Below, piece by piece: positions 1 to 15,315 of a DNA stretch of 39,836 bases. How positions within the stretch are numbered: position 1 is the first letter of the stretch; the number at the start of each line of letters is the position of its first letter. The notes below the pieces were generated by a model that was not told where the DNA came from, ran no database searches, and saw nothing but the letters and a program-made list of their open reading frames with translations. The position numbers and the translations under genes were made by a program. This DNA is from Fonticula alba ATCC 38817 (Eukaryota; Protista; Nucleariida), in assembly GCA_000388065.2 (NCBI GenBank), contig KB932202.1; one strand, given 5' to 3'.

Positions 1-338
1 GGGGGGCGTGGATACATCACCGGGGAGGGCACTGGCTACCTTACTATCCAGTGTCCGAGCTTGCTTCCCATGTGGTTGGGGGGGGGGAGCCGGCCTGGAG
101 GGGGGTGACACCGATCGGCTGCCGCCCGCGAGGACATGGCTCCGAAAGTGCTGCTGGCGAGGACGACTGATCGGCGGCTGTAGTCTGGACTATCGGGCCC
201 CCACTCCCGGTACTGGCCACTCCCTGTGTTCCTCCCTCCCTCCCTCCCTCCCTCTCTCCGCTCAACCCCGCTCTTCCCACCACTTCCACTTTTCCCACTC
301 CCCATCCCGGAGCTCCGCCACGTGTCAAGTTCGCGAGG

Positions 339-753
339 ATGTCTGATAAGCAGCTCCTCCCTTCCCGGGCTGTCGCCGCTCCCGCCGCCCCAACGAGTGA
401 CGATACCCACGCCTCTTCTGAGGCCGCTCGCCAGCCGCGTGACGTCAAGGGCCTCCTCCAGTGGTCCATGCAGTATGTTGAGGATGGCTTCGACCCGAAT
501 GTCCAGCCGGCGGTCATCGATGAGGAGCGTCTGCGCTTCCTCGAGCGGGCCATCGCCGAGGTGTCGATCGACGTTGTGACGGCCATGCGCAACTGGACCG
601 TTGTGGCCCTGGGCGAGGCGGTCATCCCGGCGACTGATGCCAAGGCGTCCACCCTGGTGGAGGGCACCCCTTCGGAGGACGATCGTCTCGATGCCCTGGA
701 GAGCCTGATGAACACGGTTGACAAGCTGGACGATGCGCGTGGTGCGTGTGATC

Positions 754-792
<39 letters not shown>

Positions 793-2139
793 GGGTCTGA
801 CTAATGCCGATCCTTTTGCCCACTTCCTCTAACACCTCTGCCCTCCCTCGCTCTCCCTCGCTCTTCCTGATTCTCTTCCCCTCTGGCTCTTCTCTCTTCG
901 CCTCCCTCTTTCGTACCTCTCCTCCCTCATTTCCCACGTTCTCCGCGCAGACTTCATCACCATCGGCTGCTGGGACCGTCTGCTCCATGGCGTCCTGCAG
1001 GCGGATTCCGACGCGCCTGCTGCCGTTCGCGTGGCTGCTGCCGAGGTCCTGGCCACTGCCAGCCAAAATGACCCGGTTTGCCAGGCGTATGCTCTGAAGC
1101 CCACGGCTTCGCCCCTTGCCGATGCCAATGCCGATGTCCCGACCACCGGTGAATGGTCCGCTCTCGATGCATTCGTCCACATGGCCTTCGACCAGGCGGA
1201 CGCCGAATGCCGGAAGAAGGGTCTCCTCGGCATTTCGGGTATGTGTCCCCTTGATGCTCCTCTTGCTGTGTGCTCATCTCGTCGCGTGCAAGCCTCCGTC
1301 CTGCCTCCCCGACTCACTTCGAGCCATGTGTCCCGACATTCCCCCGATGCGCCATGCGCCGCTGCTCCGATCTCCTTGCGACTGTCCTCCTCAGCGGTTG
1401 TGCGCGACTACGAGCCCGGGCTCGAGGCCTTCATCACGTACCAGCTGCCCGCGGCCCTGGCTGGCCCTGGCGGGAGCTCCCTCCCCAGCGGCGCGACAAT
1501 TCTGCACGAATTGATCCGGCCTCATGAGCTCAACTCCACCAGCGTCCGTGCCAAGGCCCTCTTCCTCCTTCGGCACCTGATCTTTTCGCGGCCGGCGTCC
1601 ATGATTCCGGCCGGTATGTTACACTCCCTGCTCGGGTCTGCCACTTGCTCTTCGGCCCCAGTTCCTCTAATCCCTCCCCCCCTCTCTCTCTCTCTCCCTC
1701 TCTCCCTCGATGCCATTCCACAGTGGCCCAGTGTGGGCTTCTGGACGAACTCCTGGCCATTGCCACCAGCCTCGAGGGCACGTATGCCGAGATGGCCTCC
1801 ACCAAGGAGCCCTCCGAGCCGGCGGTGGCCCAGCTGCGCGAGCACACGTTCATGGTGCTCGCGCAGATCTGCAACCCGCAGGCCGATCACCTCCCAGGCG
1901 ATGCCGGGGTGGCATTCCCCTCGTCAGCCGAGGTGGCCGCCCTCTTTGACCAGGGTGGCGAGGGGTCGCGGCGCGCGCGCCTGGATGGGATCCTGACCGC
2001 GCGCGAGGCGGCGGTGGCCCCTCTGCCGACCGACCTGCAGGAGTCCATTCGCGATGAGTCGGCCTTCGCGGCCACGCTCCGGCGCTTCGTCGACACCAAG
2101 CTGCATGGCGCTGGTGGGTCCTCTCTCTCAGCTGCCTGA
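339..2139 (+). CDS. HSPBP1: Hsp70 nucleotide-exchange factor, HspBP1/Fes1 family (armadillo repeat), 4 exons
   Basis: Exons 339-741, 951-1238, 1395-1613, 1724-2139, joined by GT-AG introns that keep frame. N-terminal PRDVKGLLQWSM...DEERLRFLERAI matches the HspBP1/Fes1 N-terminal motif. The ARM core shows DALESL...VDKLDDARDFITIGCW, AAEVLATASQNDPVCQ and KKGLLGISAVVRDYEPG. No signal peptide or ER-retention signal is visible, so it is cytosolic rather than SIL1. Confidence 0.88.
757..788 (+). repeat. (CT)16 intronic microsatellite, representative of many
   Basis: Read directly in HSPBP1 intron 1. Similar CT, CA or GT runs occur at about 11110-11157, 13180-13216, 27516-27540, 33676-33722 and 34221-34260. 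Confidence 0.95.
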
Positions 2140-2164
2140 GTGGCTGTTTGTTGTAGGTGTTTGT

Positions 2165-2191
2165 GGGTGTGGGTGTGGGTGTGGGTGTGGG
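2165..2191 (+). repeat. (GGGTGT)n repeat with five G3 tracts in the HSPBP1 3' UTR
   Basis: GGGTGTGGGTGTGGGTGTGGGTGTGGG read directly, starting 26 nt after the stop codon. Confidence 0.85.
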
Positions 2192-2660
2192 TGTGTGTGT
2201 CTTTTTTTTTGTTCCCCCTCGTGTGCCGATGTACCTCCAGCCACTACGCCACACCACCCCTGATGCTTTCCTTCGCCCTCGCCTCGATGGTTGCGACACG
2301 CATGCCTCTGTCCACTTGCACAGTGTATCCCACCAAAGCCACAGCATTGGGCAGCAATAGAAATCCTCCATACTACATCACCCACCAAAGGAACGAAGGC
2401 AAGTGCACCGGGGGGGGGAGGGGGGCATTTGTGTGTATAACTATATTGCTTTTGCCGGTGAGGACACACTGGGGCAGGTCGGGGGGGGGGGGGGTGTGGT
2501 GGTGGTGATGAAAAAAAAAGAAGAGTACAGGTGCACGGGAAAGGGGGCTGGGCAGCTATCGCTCGACGCAGGATGGAAGAAAAATCCCACGCCAAGTATT
2601 TGCTCGGCCGGAGTGGTGGCCAGGTGCGCTATCCCCCTCCCCTTCCTGTCTCTCATCCTC

Positions 2661-5600
2661 TCACTCAAGGTACTCCTCGACGGAGATGGACTTCATGGAG
2701 GCGGGCTGCTTGAAGGTGGCCAGATCCGATTCAGAGGTGTGGCTGACGGTGTGCAGGTACTTGATGATGCGGTTGAAGTGCTGCTTACTGGTGGCGGCCT
2801 TCTGCAGGCAGTAGATGGACTCCTCGTAGGTGTCCGCGTGGTCATCCTGGTCATCCTCCACCAGAGAGGTCGGCGAGTTGAACTGGTCACGGATCATCTT
2901 GATGAGAGTGGAGATCTTGGACTCATCCGTCTGGGAGGCGGACCACGCGCACCCGGGGAGGGAAGACGAGCAGGAAGCACGAGTCTAAGTCAGTGAATGC
3001 CGAGAGGAAAGAGACAGGGCAAGGGCGGGCGAGAGGGACGAAGAAGAGGAAGAAGCAGCACGGCGACAGGGCACAAAAACGTACATCCGGGAACTCGGTC
3101 TGCGCGTAGTACACATAGCGATCCAGAATGCGAACCAGCGGGGTGATGTTGACGCTGAGGTTGCTGGACTCCACGTGCGACTGGACCGTCTCGTTGAGGA
3201 TCTTGCGGCAGCCGGCCGAGTCGTGCACGCGGTTGGACTTGAAGTCCAGCTTCGGCACGGCCGGGGTGTCCTCCTGCTGCCAGGCCAGGTGCGATGAGAG
3301 CATCAGGCAGAGGGTGCGGTTGGAGGACTGAAGCATGCCGGAGGCCTGGTTCTTGAAGAAGCGGATGAGCTTGGTGTAGTTGCTGCTGCTCAGGGACCGG
3401 GTGGCCTGCAGGGTGGACACCATGCTGACCAGGGTGGACACCTGGATCTGCGAGTCGGAGATGGCCTTCTCATAAATGGAGCCCACCTGGGTGAACACCT
3501 CGTAGACATAATCCTCCAGCGAGCAGCGGTCCGCCATCAGGGCAATCTGCAGGTAGAGGTTGATGGTCTGGCTGTGGTAGCGCATCACCTGGGCCGGGGT
3601 AATGGAGGACCGGTCGACGGAGCCCATATCACGCACGGCGGTGCTAATGGCCTTGGTGCAGGAGACGGCGAACTTGAGGAAAACAATGCACTGGTTCTCC
3701 CACTCGTCATCCTGTGCGTGTATGCACGAGCATGCGTGGGGGGTGGATGCGCGCGCACAGGGTGTGAAGAGGACGAAGGGGCCAAACAAAAAGAAGAGGG
3801 GAGGAGAGAAGGTGTCAGAGCAGGGGATAGACACAAAGGCATGCACAGGAGAGTCGCCCACTCGTCGTTAGCCCGGGGGGGGGGGGGGGGGGGGGGGCAC
3901 AGGACGGGCACAAACGTACGTTCGACCGGTTGGCGAAGATGCCATGGATGACCGACAGCGAGGCAAAGACAAAGGACGGCAGGATGCGGTTGATCTGCTC
4001 GAAGCAGGCGTCGGCAAGGAACTTGCGGGTCTGGTTCAGCAGAGCGTAGTGCACGCGGAAGTTGTCGGACTTCAGCAGCAGGACCAGGCGGGCCAGCAGG
4101 TTGGACGCATACTCCACATCCTCGGCATCGAAGTCGTCGTCGTCCTCCTCGTCGGCAGGGGGGTGGCCCTCGGCGACGCGGGCGGCGGCGGCGGCAGCCG
4201 GCTTCAGCTTGATCAGCGGCTCCAGGAAGGTGAACACATGGCCGGCGGTCTGCTTGGTGGTGATGGCCTCAATCGGAGCGGCATCGTGGCTGCGCAGGCG
4301 GTGCCCGGCCGGGAGGAAGGTCTCGGCAAAGCGAGTGGCAAGCTTCCGGCGGTTGGCCATCGGCAGGAAGGCAAACAGGGTGTGCAGATTCTCGACCGAC
4401 ACCAGATCCAGCGGCGAGGAGGCCAGCTCGAAGCACGTGGACAGCAGGGTGTGCAGCTCGGAGGTGGCCTGGCGGTCGGCCTTCAGCGAGGTGAGCTCAT
4501 CGACCTTCAGCTTGGCCAGGGCCAGCTGGAAGATGTGGTCCACCTGGGTCAGGTCGCCAGGGGCCAGGGCCAGGGCCAGCTTGGCCAGCGAGCCGAGGAT
4601 GGAGAAGATGTCGCTCGGGGGGAGCTCCTGGCGGGACTCGATCAGCAGGCGGATGTTGGTCAGGAAGATGTCGAAGATCGGCACATCCAGCCCGGCCAGC
4701 TGGGCCTTGTCGGCCGAAGAGGTGAAGGCCGCCAGGCGATCGATCATGGCCGTGATCAGGTGGCGCAGGTCCACCTGCAGGGTCAGCATCGGGCAGGTCT
4801 TCATGAACTCCTCCAGGGTCTGGAGGTGCAGCTCATCCGGGAAGACCCGGGTCACCACCTCCATCAGGTACTCCTGGGCGATGGGGTCGCGGCAGTCGAC
4901 CACCTGCTTCAGCACCTGCGGCAGGACCTTCTCCTTGTAGAGGGGCAAGTTGAGGCCCTCCAGGCGCGAGAGGCACTCCAGGTTGAAGCCCACCAGCACG
5001 CGGAGCTTGCTGCGCTCGGCCTCGATGCGCTCACGGTCCTATGTGTGCATGTGTTTGTGTTTGTGTGTGTGTGTGCAGCGGGCAGTGGGGAGGACAATGA
5101 GGAGAGGGGCACATGGGCAGGGGAGACGATCAGTATCCGGGATGGGGAGGGGCGCCAGTGGCACAAAAAAAAAGCCCCCGAACAAACACCAGGCAGCAGA
5201 CGTACACGCGTGTGGCCCTGGAACTGCATGCGGACCCACAGCTTGTTCATCTCAACGAGGTTGATCAGGATAAACTGGATGGAGTCCTCCACGGTGGCCG
5301 AGGTGTTGGAGTCGATGTCGGGCAGCTCGTTCTTGGTGCGCTGGAGGAGGTAGTTGCGCAGGAAGAGCCCACGAGTGGGGTGCTGCACACCACGGCACAT
5401 CTCCACCATGTCGGTGAGGATCTCCTTGGCCACGGTCTTGTTGGTCTTGAGGAAGGCAGTGCCGACTGGTGTGGGGATGTCAGAAGGGGTGCGCTTGGGC
5501 GTGCATATACTCCGGTGTCTTTTTTTTCCCGGGGAGTCGGGGATGATCGACAGCCGGAAGGCGAGAAGGACAACGCACCGGTCACCAGCAGATACAGACG

Positions 5601-6356
5601 AGGGACAATGTTACCACAGTATTGGACAATCTCGTAGAGGTTCTCCAGCGGGGTGCGGTTGTCCTGGTTCAGCAGGTAAATCTCGAGGTAGGCCAGCTGC
5701 TCGTTGGTGAGGAGGGCTGGCGGGGGGAGCCAAGGGAGACGGGCGGGGAGGGGTGTGTGTGGGTGTGTGAGGAGGGGGGGGGGCGGGGGGAAGTGGGTTA
5801 GTTTTCCTTCGGTCTCGGGAGAGGATGGCGGGGGCGAAGTTGTGGAGAGAAGAGAGGCCCGCGTCGAGGGGAGAGAGAGAGAGAGGAGTGCGCACAGAGT
5901 TCGTAGTACTGGTCGGGGGTGAGCTTGTCGGTGTGGAGCTCCTGAAGCATCTTGATGCTGTGCTCCAGGGCCTCGCGCCACTGGTTCTCATCCTATAGGC
6001 CGGTGAAAAGAGAGGTGAGTGAGAGGCGGAGTGGGTGGCAGGGCAAGCGGCCGGCGGGGGNNNNNNNNNNNNNNNNNNNNNNNNNNNNNNNNNNNNNNNN
6101 NNNNNNNNNNNNNNNNNNNNNNNNNNNNNNNNNNNNNNNNNNNNNNNNNNNNNNNNNNNNNNNNNNNNNNNNNNNNNNNNNNNNNNNNNNNNNNNNNNNN
6201 NNNNNGCGAGCGGGGGCCAGGGAAAAGGGGGAGGCGCACCAGAGAGCGCTTCATGCGAATGGAATGCTCGCGGACATTGTTGATGGCGATGGCCAGGAGT
6301 TTCTGCTGGTTCTCCTTGGACAGGGGGGCGGCGGAGGGCCGGGCAGTGGAGGACAT
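2661..6356 (-). CDS. VPS35: Retromer subunit VPS35, 7 exons
   Basis: Exons on the minus strand: 6356-6240, 5992-5896, 5716-5579, 5465-5206, 5038-3920, 3711-3085, 2930-2661. Hallmark motifs are [20 protein letters not shown] (PRLYL), [42 protein letters not shown] and [31 protein letters not shown]. Intron 1 contains the N gap 6061-6205. Confidence 0.96.
6061..6205. other. Assembly gap (N run)
   Basis: N run. The other gaps are 16408-16548, 18419-18435, 21980-22179, 31234-31322 and 37492-37547. Most abut G or C homopolymers. Confidence 1.
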
Positions 6357-8382
6357 GACGGCGGCTCGGCTCGACGGGCTCTGGAAGAGGGACCAGCGCG
6401 CGTGTGGACGGGGGCAGGGTGAGGGGGGAGGGGAGGGGGGGGGGAAGAAGAGGCGGGGGGTAGGAAAGGGGGAGGAGGGAGGCCGGGAGCTGTCTGCTTC
6501 GAGTGTCTGGGCCAAGTTGGGGCCGATCTGCGGCCTCTTCACGAGGAGGCAGGCGCTTTTGCCTGCGCCTTGGGAACAAATGTGGAGGGTCATGGACCTT
6601 GGGCTCTGTCCCCCCCACCCACCCACCCACCCACCCCCCGGGGGGGTTCACCTGACGGAGGGACCCCTCCCCCGGGGTGTGGATAGGACCCGGCGCATAT
6701 GTGCGTAAAAGTGTGCGCGTGTGGGCGTACGTCCCTGTCCCCCCCTGCCAGAGGTGAAGCTGTCCTGTGAGTCCGTAAATGGGCGGGGGGGGGGGAGTTG
6801 GGGGGGGGGGGGGGGCTGAGGCGTGCACACCAATGACCCTGGGGGACGGGACGCCGCGGACAAATAATAACACTGCGCGGGGTATGGGGCTGGCAGGTGC
6901 GGTCCTCCTGTGGCTCGACGGTACCCCTCCCCCAAAAGGGGGCGCGACCAGGCTGCATGCGCAGCAGGTTCACGCCCCCCCCCCCTTCCCCAAGTAACAA
7001 CAAAGAAAAACACCACCACCAGGGGGACGGTCTCTTGCTCTGTGCCCAAACATTGGCTCGTGGGAGTGACAACGAGGCAGAGGGGGGGGACAGAGCGAGG
7101 GACGCGCCCGGGCCGAGTCTGGTCCCTGCCCTCTCTCCCTCCGGCTGCCCTGATGCCCTTCCCGGTCTGGACACACTCACGGCCAGTCCGCTGCCCAAGT
7201 GGGACCCGAGAGGGGGGGGGGGAGCCTGGTGCTATCATGGAGCCAGATGCAACTGCGCGGGGAGGGGGGGGGGAAGGAACATGAGCATGGAAAATCACCC
7301 CGGGGGGTAGGAGGGCCGGACGAAAGAACGAATTGAGGACAGGACAAGGGGGGGGGGGGAAGGCTGGACGCGGGCTACCTACCGAACAGCGCGGGAAGGG
7401 GGTCACGGGCGTTGCCGCGGGTCACGGGTTATCCTCTCTGAGGGGGTGAGATCGAGACAAACGGTGCCGGATACTTGAAGACCCTCTAAGTGTGCCCGGA
7501 CTTGTGGCCTCCTTGCCCCAAATGGACGTTAGAACAACCAAAACAAGGCAACTTTAGTTGACAATTGTGTATCAAATCGCAAGCTGTCCGTTCCCGTTGC
7601 CAAGAGCCAACCCGCTGGGGCCCGCTATGTTCTGAGGACCCACTCCCATGGTCTCCTGAACACGAAGCCTCCGTACATGCCTCTCCATGTTCCTCTTTCT
7701 CTCTCCCTTCTTCACGCTTCCGCCTCTCTCTCTCGCCCCTCTATATATGCTTAAAACAACAACCCCATTAAATAATCGAAGTTCCAGCCTTTTTCTTGAT
7801 CCGCTGCACCGAGCTGCCGCCGCAGCCCCGGCAATTGCCCACGCACGTGCCAGAACGTCATTACCTGGCCGTTACGGCGCGGCGGTGCGGCCGACGCCAA
7901 GATGAATTTGAGTGGCCACCGGCCGGGGACGGGGGGAGAGGGGGTGGTGCGTGGAACAGAAAGGAAGCTACCGGTCCATGCAATCTGCCGGTCCTGATGG
8001 TGCGAGGAGACGGCGAGCCGGGCAAGGCTGCTTCCTGGGATCTGTAACGGCCGTGCCTCTGTGCTTGCGTGTGTGCCCTCGCTGGCGAGCGTGCATCACC
8101 CCGTTCGCCCTGACGGGGTGGCCCCAGATCGGCGTGCCTATTACCTGCTGGACGATCATACCCGCACCCAGGGGGGGGAGGTGGGGTGGGGGGGGGACAG
8201 TCCCATGCGTGTACGTCTGTGCACACAGGCGCATATCTGTCGGGATGGCCGGGGTGCATTCAAACAAGAAGCGATCATAGCCTCGGAGGTTTGTCGCTGC
8301 CTGGCCGAGCGCGCGCGCGCGCCCCCCGACACGTGAACCGAAATGCATGAGCCAAGAGACGGGGTGCCATTGGGCCGGGGCC

Positions 8383-8396
8383 TCCCGCCGCGGGAA
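8383..8396. promoter_or_regulatory. Possible E2F-like near-palindromic element upstream of MCM6
   Basis: TCCCGCCGCGGGAA lies about 120 nt upstream of the MCM6 ATG and contains TTCCCGC on the minus strand. The motif is short and the DNA is GC-rich, so it may be chance. Confidence 0.2.
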
Positions 8397-8513
8397 CCAC
8401 AATACGCCACGCTCCCCATCCTTCCCCTCCTCTCTCTCTCTCTCTCTCGATCCTCTTTCCTCCCTCCACACCCCCTCCTCCATCCTCCTCGCTAGTGCTC
8501 CACTGTTCGCGCC

Positions 8514-12408
<3,895 letters not shown>

Positions 12409-13077
12409 GTCTGACTATGCCCGTGCTCATAGGTAGCTCGGCCCATCCCTGTCCTTGTTTGGGAGGCAAGAAGGAGCAAGCAAGCGAGCGATCGGGCGGG
12501 GCAGGTGCGGAGAGGAGGGCGGGCCCCCGCCATGGCCCCTTGCCGCATGGATATCTGGACGCACGCATGATGTCATCTGTGCGCATTTTCAGCGGCACAC
12601 ATGCACATCTGCCTTCGCCTCTCCTCCCTCTTCCCCTCTCTCTCCCTCCCGCCCTTTCTCTCCTTCTCCTCCTTTCCCCTCTTCCCGTGCCTCCGTCCTT
12701 GTCACTCTTCCTCGTCTTTCCTCTCCCCTGGCACAATCCGCTGCCCTCTTGCGCGGCGACCAGCACACCTGTGCCTGCGCACGCGCGAATCGATGAGATA
12801 CAAAATACAATCCCCTCACACATTTCGCCCCCGCGCCTCGATCACTCCTTCCACGCGTGTTTTCTCCAGATCGCCTCTCTCTTCATAGGCGCTTTTGCAC
12901 ATGATAGCGCATCAAGTTTATGGTACATTTGGTAAGGGTCCGCCCGGTGTTGGGCATCTACTGTGGAGGGGGATGTGCACGACTACTCCCTCCTTGCTCT
13001 CACGCAGGGGGCACAACACAACGCAGTGGGGGGGAGGATGCCTGGAAGGCTAATGGTGGCCCAGAAATGGCTGCCTT

Positions 13078-13178
13078 CTAGTGCCCCCCATGGCCGTGGC
13101 CGCCCACGGTTTGCATAAGGACCGGCGAGAAAAGCCCAACGGCGAAGTAAAACAATTGTGCCTGGGCACAGGGGGAGG

Positions 13179-13220
<42 letters not shown>

Positions 13221-15063
13221 TACAGGTGAGAAAGGGAGGGGTAGTGGGGGCATGAGGCCAGGGCCGGGAGAAGGCAATTGGCGCATCGGTACTCGAAGCG
13301 ACTGAAAACGTACAAGGTTTAGACGACCATGCGAAAGTGGTTGCTCTTCCTGGGGGCCCCCGGCACGGTCGGAGCCCTCGACAAGCATTGCTTTCCCCGA
13401 TGCCCTGGCCGCCTCGGCCCCCAGCAATGCAACCGCCGCCTGGTGGGGGTCATTCGCGGCGCCGGTGGCCGTCAGGGCCGGCAGCACGTGCGTGGCTGCC
13501 ACATAGATGAATGTCCTGCGAACAAGCGACAGCAAGCCCGAGTCAATAAAGATATCACATAGGCGGGGGAGCCTCGCCACGCGCATGAGGGATTCTCCAC
13601 AAAAAGGACGAGTGCACGTACCCCGCGCTGAAGGTCAAAATGTTGCCAGTCCACCAGCCATTGAGGCCGGCCTCGGCTCCTGGCTGACCACCTCCACCCG
13701 TGGTGAGACTGCGGCCGATCAGGAACACCAGCCGAATGACCAGAAAAGTCATCAGGGTGGAGAGGGGCACGGCCGCCGAGAAGATCAACAGCCGCAGGCG
13801 AGTCACGGTACGTGAGGCACCGCCCCGCAGGAAGACCGATGTCATGGCAAAGGACGACGGGGCCTTGTGAATCATGAGCGCCAGGAATACCAACATCGGA
13901 AGGGCCGCAGAGGATCCCTGCCCCAGGGAAAAGGCCTCCGACAGGGACTTCGAGCTCGCGGCCAGGGTCGATCCCAGGGCCAGGCCATCAGCCATGGAGT
14001 GGATCAAAATCCCGAGGAAGGCCGAGCTCTTGAAGACACTGGCGCCGCTGGCCCCGCCGCTGCTGTTGAACACCCGCCCGGAGGAGGGCGGCGTCGGCGA
14101 GAGAAGAGTGTCCAGACTAGCAAGACTGGTCCCGGGCCGGGTCCCGGACTGGGTGGCTGCCAACATGCCTGGCGGCAAGGCCCCGGGCGGGCTATGCAAG
14201 TCGCTCACGCCCTCGTCGACCGTGTGGCGCCGAGTCCACGGGGTGACATCAGCCGCGGTGGCATCAGAGCCCGGCACGGCTGGCTGGGTGTGTGCCCGGA
14301 GGACGGCTGGTGGCTGCCAGGAAATCGGGTCGGAAGCGACCGGAAGACCAGTCGCATGTTGATCGGAGGAAGAGAATCCCTGATCGTGGGTGTGGCTGTG
14401 GCCGTGGCCGTGGCCGTGGCCGTGGCCGTGGCCGTGGCCGTGGCCGTGGCCGTGGCCGTGGCCGTGGCTATGGCCGTGGCCATCTGCCGAGGGGCTGAAT
14501 TGCTCCACGAGAATCATCACGAAGAAGCCCAGTGCCAGGGCCAGGCCAAGGGCCAAGCTCGGGGAAGAAGACACAGAGGTGACGGCCTCGCCGGCATGGT
14601 GATGCTGCTGGCTCGAGTGGTACAGCACATCGGCCCCCTCGGGCAGGATGATGATGAGCGCCGTGCCGAGAAGGATCCCAGCGCTCAGGGCATTCAGGTG
14701 ATCCAAAACCACCGGGCTCAAGGGCATTACCAGTGGCAAGGCCCCACACAAGTAGGTGGAGATGAACATCAGCGTGCAAATGATCAACAGAACAAGCCAA
14801 TCCGAGGGCGAGGCGAGGAAGAGGACCCGGCCACCGGCAGCCGTAGCTGTCCCCGTGGCCGTGGCCATGGCCGTGGCCGCCTCGAGGGCAGTATTCAACC
14901 CCGGCACAAGCGCCCCACTCGGCGACTCGGGAGCCGAAGCGTGGTGGGCTGCTGTGGCGACCGCGACGTTGCCATGCGCAATTGCCGCGTCAATGATGAG
15001 GCTCAACGTCAGAAGGGCGAGCCATTGAGTACGACCCAGGCAATGCACTGCCCGGCCGAACAT
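13078..15063 (-). CDS. ZIP (SLC39) zinc/metal transporter, ZIP9/Atx2-like, 3 exons
   Basis: Exons 15063-13622, 13515-13314, 13161-13078. The first true ATG is at 15063; the track start at 15105 is GTG. TM2 is LSAGILLGTALIIILPEG, TM4 is GILIHSMADGLALG, TM5 is ALMIHKAPSSFAM, followed by TFSAGTFIYVAATHVLP. The last exon reads AQLFYFAVGLFSPVLMQTVGGHGHGGH*. There is a His-rich loop between TM3 and TM4. Confidence 0.92.
14398..14463 (-). repeat. Perfect coding hexanucleotide repeat (GGCCAC)11 encoding (Gly-His)n
   Basis: (GTGGCC)11 on the plus strand, with degenerate flanks from about 14386 to 14481, in frame in the ZIP loop. Confidence 0.95.
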
Positions 15064-15129
15064 ATTGATCGGGGGCCAAATAAGAGGGAAAGAACTCCCG
15101 GGCACAGGACACCGGGTGCACGCGTGTGG

Positions 15130-15315
15130 TCACAATGAAAGAGGCCCTGGTATGGAGACGTGGGCCAGCGAGAGGCTGCTCAGAGCGTGGAATGGGACAC
15201 GCAGAGCGGGCGGGACAGTGGCGGCGGCAGCGGCGGCGGCGGCAGCGGCGGCGGCAGCGGCAGCGGCGACGACGGTTGGAGCAGCAATCAAGCACACAGC
15301 TAGGAAGTGGCTCAT
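15130..15315 (-). other. Candidate 61-aa upstream ORF (poly-Ala) in the ZIP transporter leader
   Basis: ATG at 15315 sits 3 nt after an acceptor-like site (pyrimidine tract plus CAG, AG at 15320-15319). It reads MSHFLAVCLIAAPTVVA15TVPPALRVPF...PLSL* and stops 67 nt before the ZIP ATG. Confidence 0.3.

Noticed and set aside
2163-2200. TGTGGG repeat resembling yeast TG1-3 telomeric DNA
   Set aside because: Only five units, internal, and grading into an ordinary (GT)n microsatellite; no other subtelomeric features.
3944-5353. Long plus-strand ORFs of 469 and 292 aa
   Set aside because: Antisense shadows of VPS35 exon 5; high GC3 on the coding strand removes stops on the opposite strand. The same applies to 30327-31457, 34523-36574, 13867-15138 and 9319-10311.
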